Shown here: in pieces, positions 1 to 9,830 of the stretch
Layout of the letters: each line of letters opens with the position of its first letter
Position numbering within the stretch: the first letter of the stretch is position 1
From: a virus
Taxonomy: Duplodnaviria; Caudoviricetes
DNA length: 64,000 bases
Virus record (IMG/VR): IMGVR_UViG_3300032327_001202
Location: 1-64,000 of that record
Direction: 5' to 3' (one strand)
The notes under the pieces: model-generated
Seen by the model: the letters and a program-made list of their open reading frames with translations, nothing else
Database searches by the model: none
What the model was told of the DNA's origin: nothing
Made by a program: the position numbers and the translations under genes

Positions 1-332
1 ACCCAACTACATACTCTAGGTTGTTTAAATCCTAATTTATCAGCACTTATTTTTATATCATTACATTTCCATATATCATAAAATATAATTAAATACCCTC
101 CTTTTTTTAATACTCTAAAACATTCTTTTAATAAAGTATTTATATCAAAAAATTCTTTATCCCATTCACCAAAGTCTATCTCATGTTTATTAAACTTTTT
201 ATTATCACTGTTTTTAAAATTAGATTTTTTAGATATTATATAAGGAGGATCTGTTAAAACTAGGTCAATAGAGTTATCTTTAATTTTCTTTAATTCTTTA
301 AAGCAATCTCCATTTATTATTTGATTAAGCAT
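1..332 (-). CDS. DNA methyltransferase, N6-adenine/N4-cytosine family (runs off the window edge)
   Basis: Not in the ORF track. Manual translation from ATG at 332: MLNQIINGDCFKELKKIKDNSIDLVLTDPPYIISK...ECFRVLKKGG. Contains the DPPY catalytic motif and the typical GDC..L..I..NSIDL start. Confidence 0.85.
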   Translation of the reverse strand, partial: MLNQIINGDCFKELKKIKDNSIDLVLTDPPYIISKKSNFKNSDNKKFNKHEIDFGEWDKEFFDINTLLKECFRVLKKGGYLIIFYDIWKCNDIKISADKLGFKQPRVCSW

Positions 333-344
333 AATCTATATATC

Positions 345-1067
345 TTAATCAAATAAGTTCCTTAAGTCTAAATTATATTTTAAGTCAACATCAAATCCTT
401 TATGAAAAAGTTTAATATCATTCCATGTTTTAAATGTATTAACTATTTCTTCAATTTTATCATATTCTTCTTTACTCATATCCTCATTGAATAAACTCAT
501 TAAATTATCTATCTCATTAAAACTTAAATAGTTTTTATTACCTAAAAAATAAACAAAGTAAAATGTATATTCTTTTTTAATTTCCTTTTTCTCAAAAATA
601 TAACGAGCCAAACAATCTTCTATTCCCATAGTAGGTAATGAAAATCTATAATCATTCATTAAAAATTCTCTTGTATCATAATCAAATTCATATTTTGAAT
701 AATCAAAATATGAGTAATTATCATCAATAGGAATTTGTATATCACCTAAATTTACATAAATATTTTTCTCTAATGTAAATTTAACTATTTCTAAAAATAT
801 GTAATATAAATCCAATGCTTTTATATCAGCAAAAGAACCGTTTTTAATAACAGTATTATTATTAACTATTTTTATCATACAATTAATAATACTTAAAATA
901 TTATTTTGTTGAAAATTCTTTTTATAAAAAGCAATGTCAATTTCAGATGCTTTTTTAATCTTTACTGTAAAATCTTTAGGATAAAAAATACCATTTGTTG
1001 TAGATCTTGATAAGTCGATAAGTTTTGTTTTATCTTTTAACGATGATAATATAGAAAATATACTCAT
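345..1067 (-). CDS. Hypothetical protein, possibly baseplate hub assembly protein (T4 gp26/gp51-like)
   Basis: 240-aa ORF; only a loose resemblance to hub-assembly proteins. Function is a guess. Confidence 0.35.
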   Translation of the reverse strand: MSIFSILSSLKDKTKLIDLSRSTTNGIFYPKDFTVKIKKASEIDIAFYKKNFQQNNILSIINCMIKIVNNNTVIKNGSFADIKALDLYYIFLEIVKFTLEKNIYVNLGDIQIPIDDNYSYFDYSKYEFDYDTREFLMNDYRFSLPTMGIEDCLARYIFEKKEIKKEYTFYFVYFLGNKNYLSFNEIDNLMSLFNEDMSKEEYDKIEEIVNTFKTWNDIKLFHKGFDVDLKYNLDLRNLFD

Positions 1068-1116
1068 ATTAGTATAAAAATTTTTATATTATATATTATA
1101 TTATATATAAGTTCAT

Positions 1117-1146
1117 AAAAAAATCCCTCTTTAAGAGGGATTTTTT
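1117..1146. terminator. Intrinsic terminator hairpin downstream of nrdA
   Basis: AAAAAAATCCCTCT-TTA-AGAGGGATTTTTT inverted repeat with A/T tails. Confidence 0.75.
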
Positions 1147-1149
1147 AAA

Positions 1150-3678
1150 TTATGCAGAACATACTTCACAATCTTCATCATCATTTGGTTTTGAAAAATT
1201 AATCTGAGTTTTATTCTCTTCTTTATCCTGTGTTGTGAACTTAATAGCACTTGCAGCACCTTTCAATCTTAGATAATAAATACCAGTTTTTAAGTTAGTT
1301 TTATCTTCTCTATAGAACTTAGGATTACCCAATTTATCATAAACTACATCAACACCTTCTGGAATTATTGAATTACCCATTTTATCTAAATTGAAACTTC
1401 TTCTACCCCATCCATAAAAATGCATAGATGTTAATTTAGCAAAGTTAGGTGCTTCCATAAAGATATTCAAAGATTGAGTTTGATCTATAAATGCTCCTCT
1501 ATCCGCAGACATATCTATAATATCTCTTTGTTTAATTTCCCAAACTGTTTTATAAATTTCTTTAATTTCAGTTGGAATTTCAGGTATATTTTGGATAGAA
1601 CCATCTTCATTAATAATTTTAGTTCTAATTTTATCAGACCATATACCCAATTTAACTAATTCTTTTACTAAGTATTTATTTACTATAATAAATTCGCCTG
1701 AAAGAACCCTTCTAACATATAAATTAGAATTTTGAGCCTCATATGATGCTCCATTTCCTAATATAGATGATGTACTTGCGGTTGGCATCACTGCTGTTGT
1801 TAATGAGTTTCTAACACCATATTTTACAACTTCTGTTCTTAACTTATTCCAATCATATCTATCAGATGGTTTAGTATTCCATAAATCAAATTGGAATTTA
1901 CCTTCTGATAATGGAGAACCCTTAAATGTAGCATATGCTCCTTGTTCTTTAGCTAAATCATTTGATGCTTTAATAGCAGCATAATAAATAGTTTCAAATA
2001 TTTCTTTGTTAATCTTTTTAGCTTCAGGACTATCATAAGGTATATTCATTAAGAAAAATACATCTGCTAAACCTTGAATACCTAATCCAATTGGTCTGTG
2101 TAAAAAGTTAGAAAACTTCGCACTTTCTGATGGATAATAGTTTGTTTCAATAACATTATTTAAGTTAATAGTTGCTTGATAAGATACTTCATATAATTTC
2201 TTATGATTTAATGTTCTGTTTTTATTAACAAATTTTGAAAGAGCAATTGATGCTAAGTTACAAACCGCAGTTTCATTAACACTTTCTCTATTATAGAACT
2301 CACCTAATTTAAGACTTTCTAACAATTCTTTATTCTTAAGAATTTCTTTTTGAATCTTTGTAATTCCCGAGCATTCTAATATTTCTGCACAAAGATTCGA
2401 ACTTCGAATAATACCAATATTAGACTGATTAGATTTTTTATTAATAGCGTCTTTATATAAGATATAAGGAGTTCCTGTCTCAATTTGTGATTCAAGAATT
2501 TTATTCCATACTTCCCTTGCTTTAATGGTTTTTTTACCTCTACCTTCTGTTTCATATTTGATATAAAGTTCTTCAAACTCTTTACCATATGTTTCAGTTA
2601 ATCCTGAACACTCATGAGGATCCATTAAAGTCCAATCTTCATCTAAGTCAACTCTAATCATAAATAAATCATTCATCCACATAGCTAAGAATAAATCTCT
2701 AGCACGAATTTCTTCTTTACCTTGATTCTTTCTTAAATCTAAGAAGTCTAAAATATCTGGATGCCAAGGCTCTAAATACATTGCTATACTTCCTTTTCTT
2801 TTACCACCACCTTGATCAACTGCGCGAGCTACTTCATTATAGATTTTTAAGAAAGGTATAATACCATTAGATGTACCATTAGTTCCTGAAATATAAGTTC
2901 CTTTACTTCTTATTTTAGAAAAATCTATACCAATCCCACCTGCATTTTTAGATATTTGTGCACTTTCTTTAATGTTATCAAATATACCTTCAATGCTATC
3001 ACTTACCGATAGTAAGAAACATGAACTTAATTGAGTTCTTGTTGTACCTGAGTTAAATAGAGTTGGAGTTGCGTGAGTATATAATCCTTCTGAAAGAAGG
3101 TTATAAGTTTCGATAACTTTAGGTATATTATTTCCCCATATTTGTAAAGCTGTTCTCATATACATATATTGAGGTCTTTCTGCTACTTTACCATTAATCT
3201 TTAATAAGTAAGATTTTTCTAAAGTCTTATATCCAAAATAATCAAAGTTATGATCTCTTGAATGTATAATAGCAGAATCTAATTCATCTTTATTAGCCAT
3301 TACTAAATCATAAAAATCTTTTGATACTATTGGTTTGTGATCATTTTTTATATCATAAAAATGATATAAATCATAAACTGTTTCTGAGAACCCTTTTTTA
3401 GTTTCTTTGTGTAAAGCTGTAATAGCTAATCTAGCAGCTAAAATTGCATAATCAGGGTGTTTTGTAGTTAATGATGCTGCTGTTTCCATAGCAAATACAT
3501 CTAGTACTCTTGTTTCTATATCAGGTGTTATACCTTCAATAACCTTTTGAGCTATCTCAAAAGGCATTATCCATTTTTGGTCTAAGCCGTATGTTTGTTG
3601 ATTGATTCTATCAAGAATCTTATCTAAGACAACTAGCTCTCGTTTACCATTTCTTTTTGTTACTTTTATCATGTTCAT
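1150..3678 (-). CDS. nrdA: Ribonucleotide reductase class Ia large subunit with N-terminal ATP cone
   Basis: ATP cone (VTKRNG), TPTLFNSGT, SSCFL, QGGGKRKGS, SNLCAEI, VCNLAS, MPTASTS, KTGIYYLR and C-terminal CEVCSA. Confidence 0.97.
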   Translation of the reverse strand: MNMIKVTKRNGKRELVVLDKILDRINQQTYGLDQKWIMPFEIAQKVIEGITPDIETRVLDVFAMETAASLTTKHPDYAILAARLAITALHKETKKGFSETVYDLYHFYDIKNDHKPIVSKDFYDLVMANKDELDSAIIHSRDHNFDYFGYKTLEKSYLLKINGKVAERPQYMYMRTALQIWGNNIPKVIETYNLLSEGLYTHATPTLFNSGTTRTQLSSCFLLSVSDSIEGIFDNIKESAQISKNAGGIGIDFSKIRSKGTYISGTNGTSNGIIPFLKIYNEVARAVDQGGGKRKGSIAMYLEPWHPDILDFLDLRKNQGKEEIRARDLFLAMWMNDLFMIRVDLDEDWTLMDPHECSGLTETYGKEFEELYIKYETEGRGKKTIKAREVWNKILESQIETGTPYILYKDAINKKSNQSNIGIIRSSNLCAEILECSGITKIQKEILKNKELLESLKLGEFYNRESVNETAVCNLASIALSKFVNKNRTLNHKKLYEVSYQATINLNNVIETNYYPSESAKFSNFLHRPIGLGIQGLADVFFLMNIPYDSPEAKKINKEIFETIYYAAIKASNDLAKEQGAYATFKGSPLSEGKFQFDLWNTKPSDRYDWNKLRTEVVKYGVRNSLTTAVMPTASTSSILGNGASYEAQNSNLYVRRVLSGEFIIVNKYLVKELVKLGIWSDKIRTKIINEDGSIQNIPEIPTEIKEIYKTVWEIKQRDIIDMSADRGAFIDQTQSLNIFMEAPNFAKLTSMHFYGWGRRSFNLDKMGNSIIPEGVDVVYDKLGNPKFYREDKTNLKTGIYYLRLKGAASAIKFTTQDKEENKTQINFSKPNDDEDCEVCSA

Positions 3679-3757
3679 AATTATAGTTTTGTATTTTATA
3701 TATTGTTCTAAAAATATTTTATTTAGAAGAAAGATTATTTTTTTATGTTTTTTTATG

Positions 3758-4696
3758 TTAAATAAAATCTAAGTTATTTAATTTATTTAGATTAAATCTA
3801 AACTTAGAATTATTAAGAATTTTAGTAATTTTATCTATTGTTATAATATATTTTTTTTCAAATGAGTCTACTAAATATGTATGCTCATCTTTATCAATTT
3901 CAATTACAATTCCTGTTATCAACTTATCATTATATTCTTCGTCAATCCAAACAAATTCTAATTCAGTTCCTATACTTATATTTTTATGAGCAACATCTTT
4001 AGAAATTTCTTGTTTTCCTATATGAACTTGCAACTCAGCAATTATAACATTTCTCCACTTATTATCCAATAACTTAAACATATTAAATAAATTATCAGAA
4101 AAATAAACTGCTAATTCATTAAATATTTCTACATTTGAAAATTTTTCCTGATGTAATCTAGTTTTCAATAACTGAAAATAATTATTAAAATCAGATTTAG
4201 CAGGTTTTCTTCTATTATTAAAGAAGTTTATATCTGTATTATCTAACAATACTTCATAAACCTTTTCTTTAATCCTTTTATTTCTAATAAAGTTTTCATT
4301 ATTTTGAGATTCATCCCAATATTGAGTAGATCTTTCTACATCAAATTTTTCTTCTAATTGAATTAAATCAAAATCATCTTCACTTATATTTTCTTCCTTC
4401 TTACCCTTAAAGATAGAATCATATTTAAGAGAATGTTTACCTTCTATTGTATGCTTAGATACTAAGATATCTTCTATATACTCTTCGGGTCCTTCTATTT
4501 TTTCTACATCTAAATCAAGTTCTATATCTAAATCTTCTTCTAAGTCGGGAGTTTCTTCATCTAAATTAATAATATCTTCTTCATCAATTTCAATGACTTC
4601 ATCGCACTTATCATCTAAGATTTCTTCATTATATGAAGATTCGTCTAAATTATCGGATAAGTTTTCATCTACTATAGTAGTTTCTTTTTTACTCAT
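3758..4696 (-). CDS. Hypothetical protein with acidic N-terminal region
   Basis: 312-aa ORF, D/E-rich first ~80 aa, no recognisable motif. Confidence 0.6.
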   Translation of the reverse strand: MSKKETTIVDENLSDNLDESSYNEEILDDKCDEVIEIDEEDIINLDEETPDLEEDLDIELDLDVEKIEGPEEYIEDILVSKHTIEGKHSLKYDSIFKGKKEENISEDDFDLIQLEEKFDVERSTQYWDESQNNENFIRNKRIKEKVYEVLLDNTDINFFNNRRKPAKSDFNNYFQLLKTRLHQEKFSNVEIFNELAVYFSDNLFNMFKLLDNKWRNVIIAELQVHIGKQEISKDVAHKNISIGTELEFVWIDEEYNDKLITGIVIEIDKDEHTYLVDSFEKKYIITIDKITKILNNSKFRFNLNKLNNLDFI

Positions 4697-4746
4697 TTTT
4701 ATTATTTATTTTGTCTTTTTATATAAAAAAATTAATTATAGTTTAA

Positions 4747-5856
4747 TTAAGAATCTAAAAATGTTTCATTCTCTAATGTCAAGTATTTAGAATTAAGATT
4801 AATTCTCATTTGACTCTTGGAAAAATCACCATCCCGCTGTTTTAATAACTTAAATCTATATAAATTAATTTTTTTCATTTCATCCGTTCTTATTATCGCA
4901 AAGAATGTATCCGCTGTCTCCGCAATCGCTTTACTTTCAGGTACTGATTCTAATGTTATATCAGATGCATTCCAAGCATCTTTCGCTACTTGAACTGCTG
5001 TTAATACAGGACAATCATATTTAGCTGCAATTGCTCTTAAACCTTCAGCTATAGATTTACCTTTAGAATATAAATTATCTCCAGAAATACCTTTAACAGG
5101 AGCAATAAGTGTTATATAATCAATAATAATAAAATCTATTTTTATATTAGCTTTATCTTTTAATTTTTGGATAAAGAAATCAAAGTCATTTACAGTTGCT
5201 GTACCTGCTGCCCAAAACTTAGTGATAATTTTACCTATTTTTTTCTCAAATAAATCATCCGAATTACTTTTCAGAGCATTTATCTTTTTCATCATAAACT
5301 CCTTATCTTTAGATATTTCATCATAATCATTAATAGGGATATTTAACCTCATTGCTCCTAATCTTTTAAGAACCTTTTTTTCAGACATTTCTAGTGTAAT
5401 ATATAGAACATTATTACCTAAATTAGCAGCTCTTACTGCAAAGTTTTGCATCCATAAAGAATTATGACTTAATATATCATTTGTATAATATTGCTTACTA
5501 GAACCTTCTGAAATTTGTAAATCATACATATTTGATTTCTTACCATTTTTATACATTTCCATTATCATTTCAGGACCTGTTTTAGTCATAATAAAATCGC
5601 CAATTGATAAATTTTCACAATAAATTTCAGTTAAATCACATTTTTTAGTAATAAAATCCATGTTATCACACCGATATAATATATGTTTATCCGCACATAT
5701 TATATCACCACCATTATCCAATAATATATACCATTCTTCAAATTCTATTGTTTTACCAATACCTTCTATATTTATCCATCCATTGGGAGTTAATACTTCG
5801 TAATTTTTAACTTCATAGCCCTCAATAAATTTTTCATATAATATTTTTTCTTCCAT
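4747..5856 (-). CDS. gp41/DnaB-like replicative helicase, C-terminal part, preceded by a 132-aa C-intein
   Basis: Residues 1-132 contain intein block B (CADKH) and blocks F/G (MYDLQI...YYTNDILSHN). They are followed by S-LWMQN and helicase motifs YITLEM, IIIDYI, TAVQV, ESKAIAETAD, KQRDG. Confidence 0.9.
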   Translation of the reverse strand: MEEKILYEKFIEGYEVKNYEVLTPNGWINIEGIGKTIEFEEWYILLDNGGDIICADKHILYRCDNMDFITKKCDLTEIYCENLSIGDFIMTKTGPEMIMEMYKNGKKSNMYDLQISEGSSKQYYTNDILSHNSLWMQNFAVRAANLGNNVLYITLEMSEKKVLKRLGAMRLNIPINDYDEISKDKEFMMKKINALKSNSDDLFEKKIGKIITKFWAAGTATVNDFDFFIQKLKDKANIKIDFIIIDYITLIAPVKGISGDNLYSKGKSIAEGLRAIAAKYDCPVLTAVQVAKDAWNASDITLESVPESKAIAETADTFFAIIRTDEMKKINLYRFKLLKQRDGDFSKSQMRINLNSKYLTLENETFLDS

Positions 5857-6006
5857 TTTATTTTTATTTTTTTAAAAAATCTAAACATTTATTTAAATTG
5901 ACTTATGTCCCTGACTAATAGTGGTAAAGAGCGTTCCTATTTCAATTTTTTCTTCCTTACCAGTCAAGGTATTTCTTATATCTATAACAGTGGAAGAAAA
6001 AGAGCA
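5461..6006 (-). mobile_element. Atypically split intein in the helicase P-loop (IntN 5896-6006, IntC 5461-5856)
   Basis: Cys1 codon at 6004-6006; terminal His-Asn ends at 5461; +1 residue is Ser. Splicing would restore GK-S-LW. The 36-nt spacer holds two more in-frame stops. Confidence 0.85.
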
Positions 6007-6618
6007 TTTACCATTATTAGTTTCACTCATTAAACAATTTAATGTTCCTCTATCCCATCCACCACCTAACATAGTGTTAATAGTATTAAATCCTGAATTA
6101 ATTTTTAATACAGAACTATCTTGTGAGTGAGCTTCGGCATCATCAAAATCAGAACCTAAATCATCTTCTTTTATAAAGTTAGCGTTCATAGAATCTTCTA
6201 CGATAACTCTAATTTTATTAGCAATATCTGTTGTTTCTTCGATATTAGAAAGAGTTTCTAAATTTCTTGTTTGTTCAATAATGTCAGTAGTTCCATCTTT
6301 TATACGATTAGAAAGAATCCATGAGTTTATTTTTGGAAGAATAAAGTTCTTTTCATCATAATCTTCTATTTTAAGAGTTAACATTGACTTTAATATTTCT
6401 TTGGTAATTAATCCTTCATGATCTACTAAAGCCACCATTTCCCAAATTTGTTTAGGAGAAGGTATTTCTGCTTCTTTATTATTTAATACGTATTCTCTAA
6501 TTATTTCATATACGAATTTTAACTCATTATTCTTAAAAAAGTGTGTTTTAACTATGTGAAAAAATCTTTTATTTCCTAATATATACGAAAAGAATATTTT
6601 TTCTAATGAAATTGTCAT
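5893..6618 (-). CDS. gp41/DnaB-like replicative helicase, N-terminal part, ending in a 37-aa N-intein
   Basis: ...INSGFNTINTMLGGGWDRGTLNCLMSETNNGK|CSFSSTVIDIRN...: the Walker A GK is followed directly by an intein block-A Cys, and the ORF stops 37 aa later. Confidence 0.88.
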   Translation of the reverse strand: MTISLEKIFFSYILGNKRFFHIVKTHFFKNNELKFVYEIIREYVLNNKEAEIPSPKQIWEMVALVDHEGLITKEILKSMLTLKIEDYDEKNFILPKINSWILSNRIKDGTTDIIEQTRNLETLSNIEETTDIANKIRVIVEDSMNANFIKEDDLGSDFDDAEAHSQDSSVLKINSGFNTINTMLGGGWDRGTLNCLMSETNNGKCSFSSTVIDIRNTLTGKEEKIEIGTLFTTISQGHKSI

Positions 6619-6691
6619 AATTTTTTTTATTTTTTTACTACATTTTTAGTATATAGTTTTTTTAATATATACATAAAATGTAATACATAAT

Positions 6692-7429
6692 ATGCAAGTA
6701 TTAAAATTTAAGCAGTATAAAAACTCTATTGATCTAGCAACAGATTTTTTAGATTTGCTTGGATCTAAAATTAATGAAGATAACGTTGTGAATGATATCT
6801 TAAATAAAGTAACAAATGATTTAAAATTAAATTTTACTCTTATCACTTCTTTTGGTACAGGTATAAGTTTTATATATCCTATTGTTGATAATTTAATCAA
6901 AAATTCAAAACTAAATATAGATATGTCTATTGAAAATATAGTTTTATTAACTATAACTTCTATAAGTATATTCTATCTTGAATCAAGAAAAGGAAAAGTG
7001 AATGAAAAACTCGAAAAAGAAGTTAAAAATTTACTTGAAGAATTAAAACTTAGAGGTATAGGAAATGGTATTGTTAAAAAATTAACAGAATGTCTAAAAG
7101 CTCTAAATAACATCTTCATAATCCTACTTAAGAACACATATAAAACCATCGAATCTTTTGTTGATATGTTTAGTTATACTTCAATTTTAGTGCCTATTTT
7201 GAGTGCTATAACAACACTAGTATCTAAAAATAATTATAACTTAGATACTTTTAGTAATAGTTTTATTTCTTTAGGTATAGGTATTACTACATTAACTGCT
7301 AAACACGGTTTAAATTGGTTAATACAGAAGTTAAAAAATAAAATCTATTTAAATAACGATATTAATAAAAATATCGCTACTCAAATAGATGATACTCCTA
7401 ATTCTAATTCTATGATAAACGAATCATAG
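6692..7429 (+). CDS. Hypothetical membrane protein
   Basis: 245 aa with several hydrophobic segments; TTTAATATATA motif upstream. Confidence 0.55.
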   Translation: MQVLKFKQYKNSIDLATDFLDLLGSKINEDNVVNDILNKVTNDLKLNFTLITSFGTGISFIYPIVDNLIKNSKLNIDMSIENIVLLTITSISIFYLESRKGKVNEKLEKEVKNLLEELKLRGIGNGIVKKLTECLKALNNIFIILLKNTYKTIESFVDMFSYTSILVPILSAITTLVSKNNYNLDTFSNSFISLGIGITTLTAKHGLNWLIQKLKNKIYLNNDINKNIATQIDDTPNSNSMINES

Positions 7430-8689
7430 TTTAACATTTACTCTTTTAATAGATTCTTGAAACCAAATAGGTAAATATTCTGAACTATATTTGATAATAT
7501 CTCCAAAAGATCCATCTATAATTATAGTATCAGCAAAGTCCGTTTTTGAACGAATACTTCTACCACACATTTGTTGTAAAATAGCACAGGTTTTCCATGC
7601 ATACCATTCAGGATTATTCTTCTGTCTTAGTTTATTTTTTTGTGAAGCTAAACTAGGATAAGGTACTTTTGCTATAATCTGAAATCTGCTTTTATCACCA
7701 TCAAAAGATACCCCTGTTGATATACTTGGTGATATTAAAACAGTTGGATCATCTGAATCAAAATGCTTTTTTAACATTTCTGTTTTATTAGCAGAATCAT
7801 GAAACAATAATCTTTTGTTTTTTATATCATTTTTAATCCAAGTTGATAATTCAAAAGAATTAGTATGTATAATTCCTTTACTATCTTTATACTTATTAAG
7901 TATTTTGTCTAAATAACTTTTGTAATTGATAAAAGTTTCTTCTTTTTTAGCATATGACATCTTACCTAATGGCATATAAAATATTTGTCTATTTTCAATA
8001 GGAAATGGAGAAGGTATAGAATAATATACACATTTTTTTAAATCCAATCCATTCAATTCTGAAAAGATTTTCTTACTTAAAATAGTACCTGACATTAATA
8101 TAACAGTATCATAATTATCCCATACATATTTATTCAAATACTTATATGACCATATTGGTTCTAATGATAATTCATATTGTTTTGTTTTATCATTATAACT
8201 TTTTTCCAAAACCCAATTCTCTCTATCATCATTATACTCCTTTAAGAAAACATCTATTTTAGTTTCATATTGTTTTAAATCTGCCATAACTTGTATAGAT
8301 TTAACATCATCATTAACATAATCTAAAATTTTAGATAACTTTAAATCTCTTTTAGTATTTTTAGCAGTTGATGGTGTACTAATCATATTATTAGTAGTTT
8401 GTGCTATTGTTAGTATAAGCTCTCCTTTAAAATATTCTAAGAATTGAATATAATCATCAATAGTAGCAACATATTTTAACTTACTTATTATTTCATCTTC
8501 ATTATCAAATCTTAATTTTTTAATTACGGTTTCTGTAATTTTTATTGAAATAAAATCTGACATAACTTCATCTAATAAATGGCAATTACTAACATTTAAA
8601 TTATTAGCAAAATAATTATGATTATCTTTAACTCTTAGATTATAAACATCTTCTTTATAATCTATTTTTTTTATTTTTTTTATTTTCAT
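7424..8689 (-). CDS. DinG/YoaA/XPD-like SF2 helicase, C-terminal part, preceded by a 35-aa C-intein
   Basis: MKIKKIKKIDYKEDVYNLRVKDNHNYFANNLNVSN|CHLLDE, then ILMSGTI, GIIHTNSF, STGVSF, IIAKVPYP, QQMCGRSIRSKTD and IIIDGSF motifs. Confidence 0.9.
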   Translation of the reverse strand: MKIKKIKKIDYKEDVYNLRVKDNHNYFANNLNVSNCHLLDEVMSDFISIKITETVIKKLRFDNEDEIISKLKYVATIDDYIQFLEYFKGELILTIAQTTNNMISTPSTAKNTKRDLKLSKILDYVNDDVKSIQVMADLKQYETKIDVFLKEYNDDRENWVLEKSYNDKTKQYELSLEPIWSYKYLNKYVWDNYDTVILMSGTILSKKIFSELNGLDLKKCVYYSIPSPFPIENRQIFYMPLGKMSYAKKEETFINYKSYLDKILNKYKDSKGIIHTNSFELSTWIKNDIKNKRLLFHDSANKTEMLKKHFDSDDPTVLISPSISTGVSFDGDKSRFQIIAKVPYPSLASQKNKLRQKNNPEWYAWKTCAILQQMCGRSIRSKTDFADTIIIDGSFGDIIKYSSEYLPIWFQESIKRVNVKL

Positions 8690-9830
8690 TTTTAAATTGT
8701 TTTAAATTTCTTATTAATTTTTCAGTACAAGATTGTTTTAATACTAATTTTTCATCATAATTATTTTTAAACCATTCATCAGTTATAATTACATAATTAT
8801 AACTATTTTCTTTTGCCCATTTTTCCGCATAAATAATTTTTACTTTTACTTTATCATCATCTAAATTAGATTTAGGTTTTATTTCATAAAAAGTTTTTTG
8901 AGAATGATCAACAAAATCAATTATATAGTTTTTATATTCATTATTATAAACATATGGAATAACTAATTTTTCATATAATAAATCAGGATTAAATAATTGA
9001 AAATATGCTTCCCAACACGATCTTAACTTTAAATTTATAATTTTGTTATTTCTTATAAAAGATATATCACATCTTGATTTTGCCCAACTATTACTTATTG
9101 GTGGTACAAACAACCCATCTTTTATTTTTTTCTTCATAGAAATAGATTGTTTTTTATAAGATTTTTTACGAGTTTCTTCAGTCATTTTATGACTAGTATT
9201 ATTATCACCTTTTTGTATATTAGAAAAATACAAACTAGCACATTTTTTACTACAAAACGGATATATATCTTTTGTATTTCTTCTTGGTAATAAACCAATT
9301 GATTTTTTATTATTATTACATTCTTTTATTCCACATTTTTTATCCCAATGTGATGTTAAATAGTTTTTAACATTCTCTAAAGTAATTTTGGGTAATTCTA
9401 AAATATAATCGTTCTCAATTAAAATTTTATCTAATTTTAGATTTAATCTTTCTTCACCTTTCATATTTAATATCTGTCTTTTTATTAGAAAAGATGATAA
9501 AAAATCATATATTTTATCTTTTTCTTCGTTTGTCATATATTATATATTAATAATATCATCATCTTCTGATAAATCTTCTACTTTTTTCCATTCTCCAGTT
9601 TTTAATCTAACTTTGTGATTCCCTGTTATTTTTAACATAACACCATTTTCCATTTCTAACTCATACATCTGTTGATTTTTACTAAGATTTTTATATACAT
9701 ATTCTACTTCTTTATTTTCATATTCATTAGTTTCTTCATTTAAAGTAAGTACATATTCACCTTCTTTTATATCTTTAATCTTTTTATCTTCCCCTGTACT
9801 CATTTTAATATAACTATCAGGATGTAAACA
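8585..9830 (-). mobile_element. Canonically split intein in the helicase DExH motif with nested endonuclease gene
   Basis: IntN 9543-9830 (Cys1 TGT at 9828-9830); IntC 8585-8689 ends Ser-Asn; +1 residue is Cys. Splicing would restore DE-C-H. Confidence 0.88.
8655..9536 (-). CDS. Free-standing endonuclease (TnsA-N/gp4-like PD-(D/E)xK) nested between the split helicase halves
   Basis: LRSCWEAYF...YIIDF...FYEIKPK...WAKEN..YVIITD, plus an N-terminal Cys motif (CGIKEC...FCSKKC). Confidence 0.75.
   Translation of the reverse strand: MTNEEKDKIYDFLSSFLIKRQILNMKGEERLNLKLDKILIENDYILELPKITLENVKNYLTSHWDKKCGIKECNNNKKSIGLLPRRNTKDIYPFCSKKCASLYFSNIQKGDNNTSHKMTEETRKKSYKKQSISMKKKIKDGLFVPPISNSWAKSRCDISFIRNNKIINLKLRSCWEAYFQLFNPDLLYEKLVIPYVYNNEYKNYIIDFVDHSQKTFYEIKPKSNLDDDKVKVKIIYAEKWAKENSYNYVIITDEWFKNNYDEKLVLKQSCTEKLIRNLKQFKNENKKNKKNRL

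Noticed and set aside
2260-2391. Mini-intein in nrdA, or in the terL insertion near 51790-52060
   Set aside because: The inserts are too short and lack the Cys/Ser start and His-Asn end.
5857-5895. Frameshift, sequencing error or stop-codon readthrough joining the two gp41 halves into one cis-intein gene
   Set aside because: The halves are already in frame, three stops of two types lie between them, and the second ORF has its own A-rich start context.
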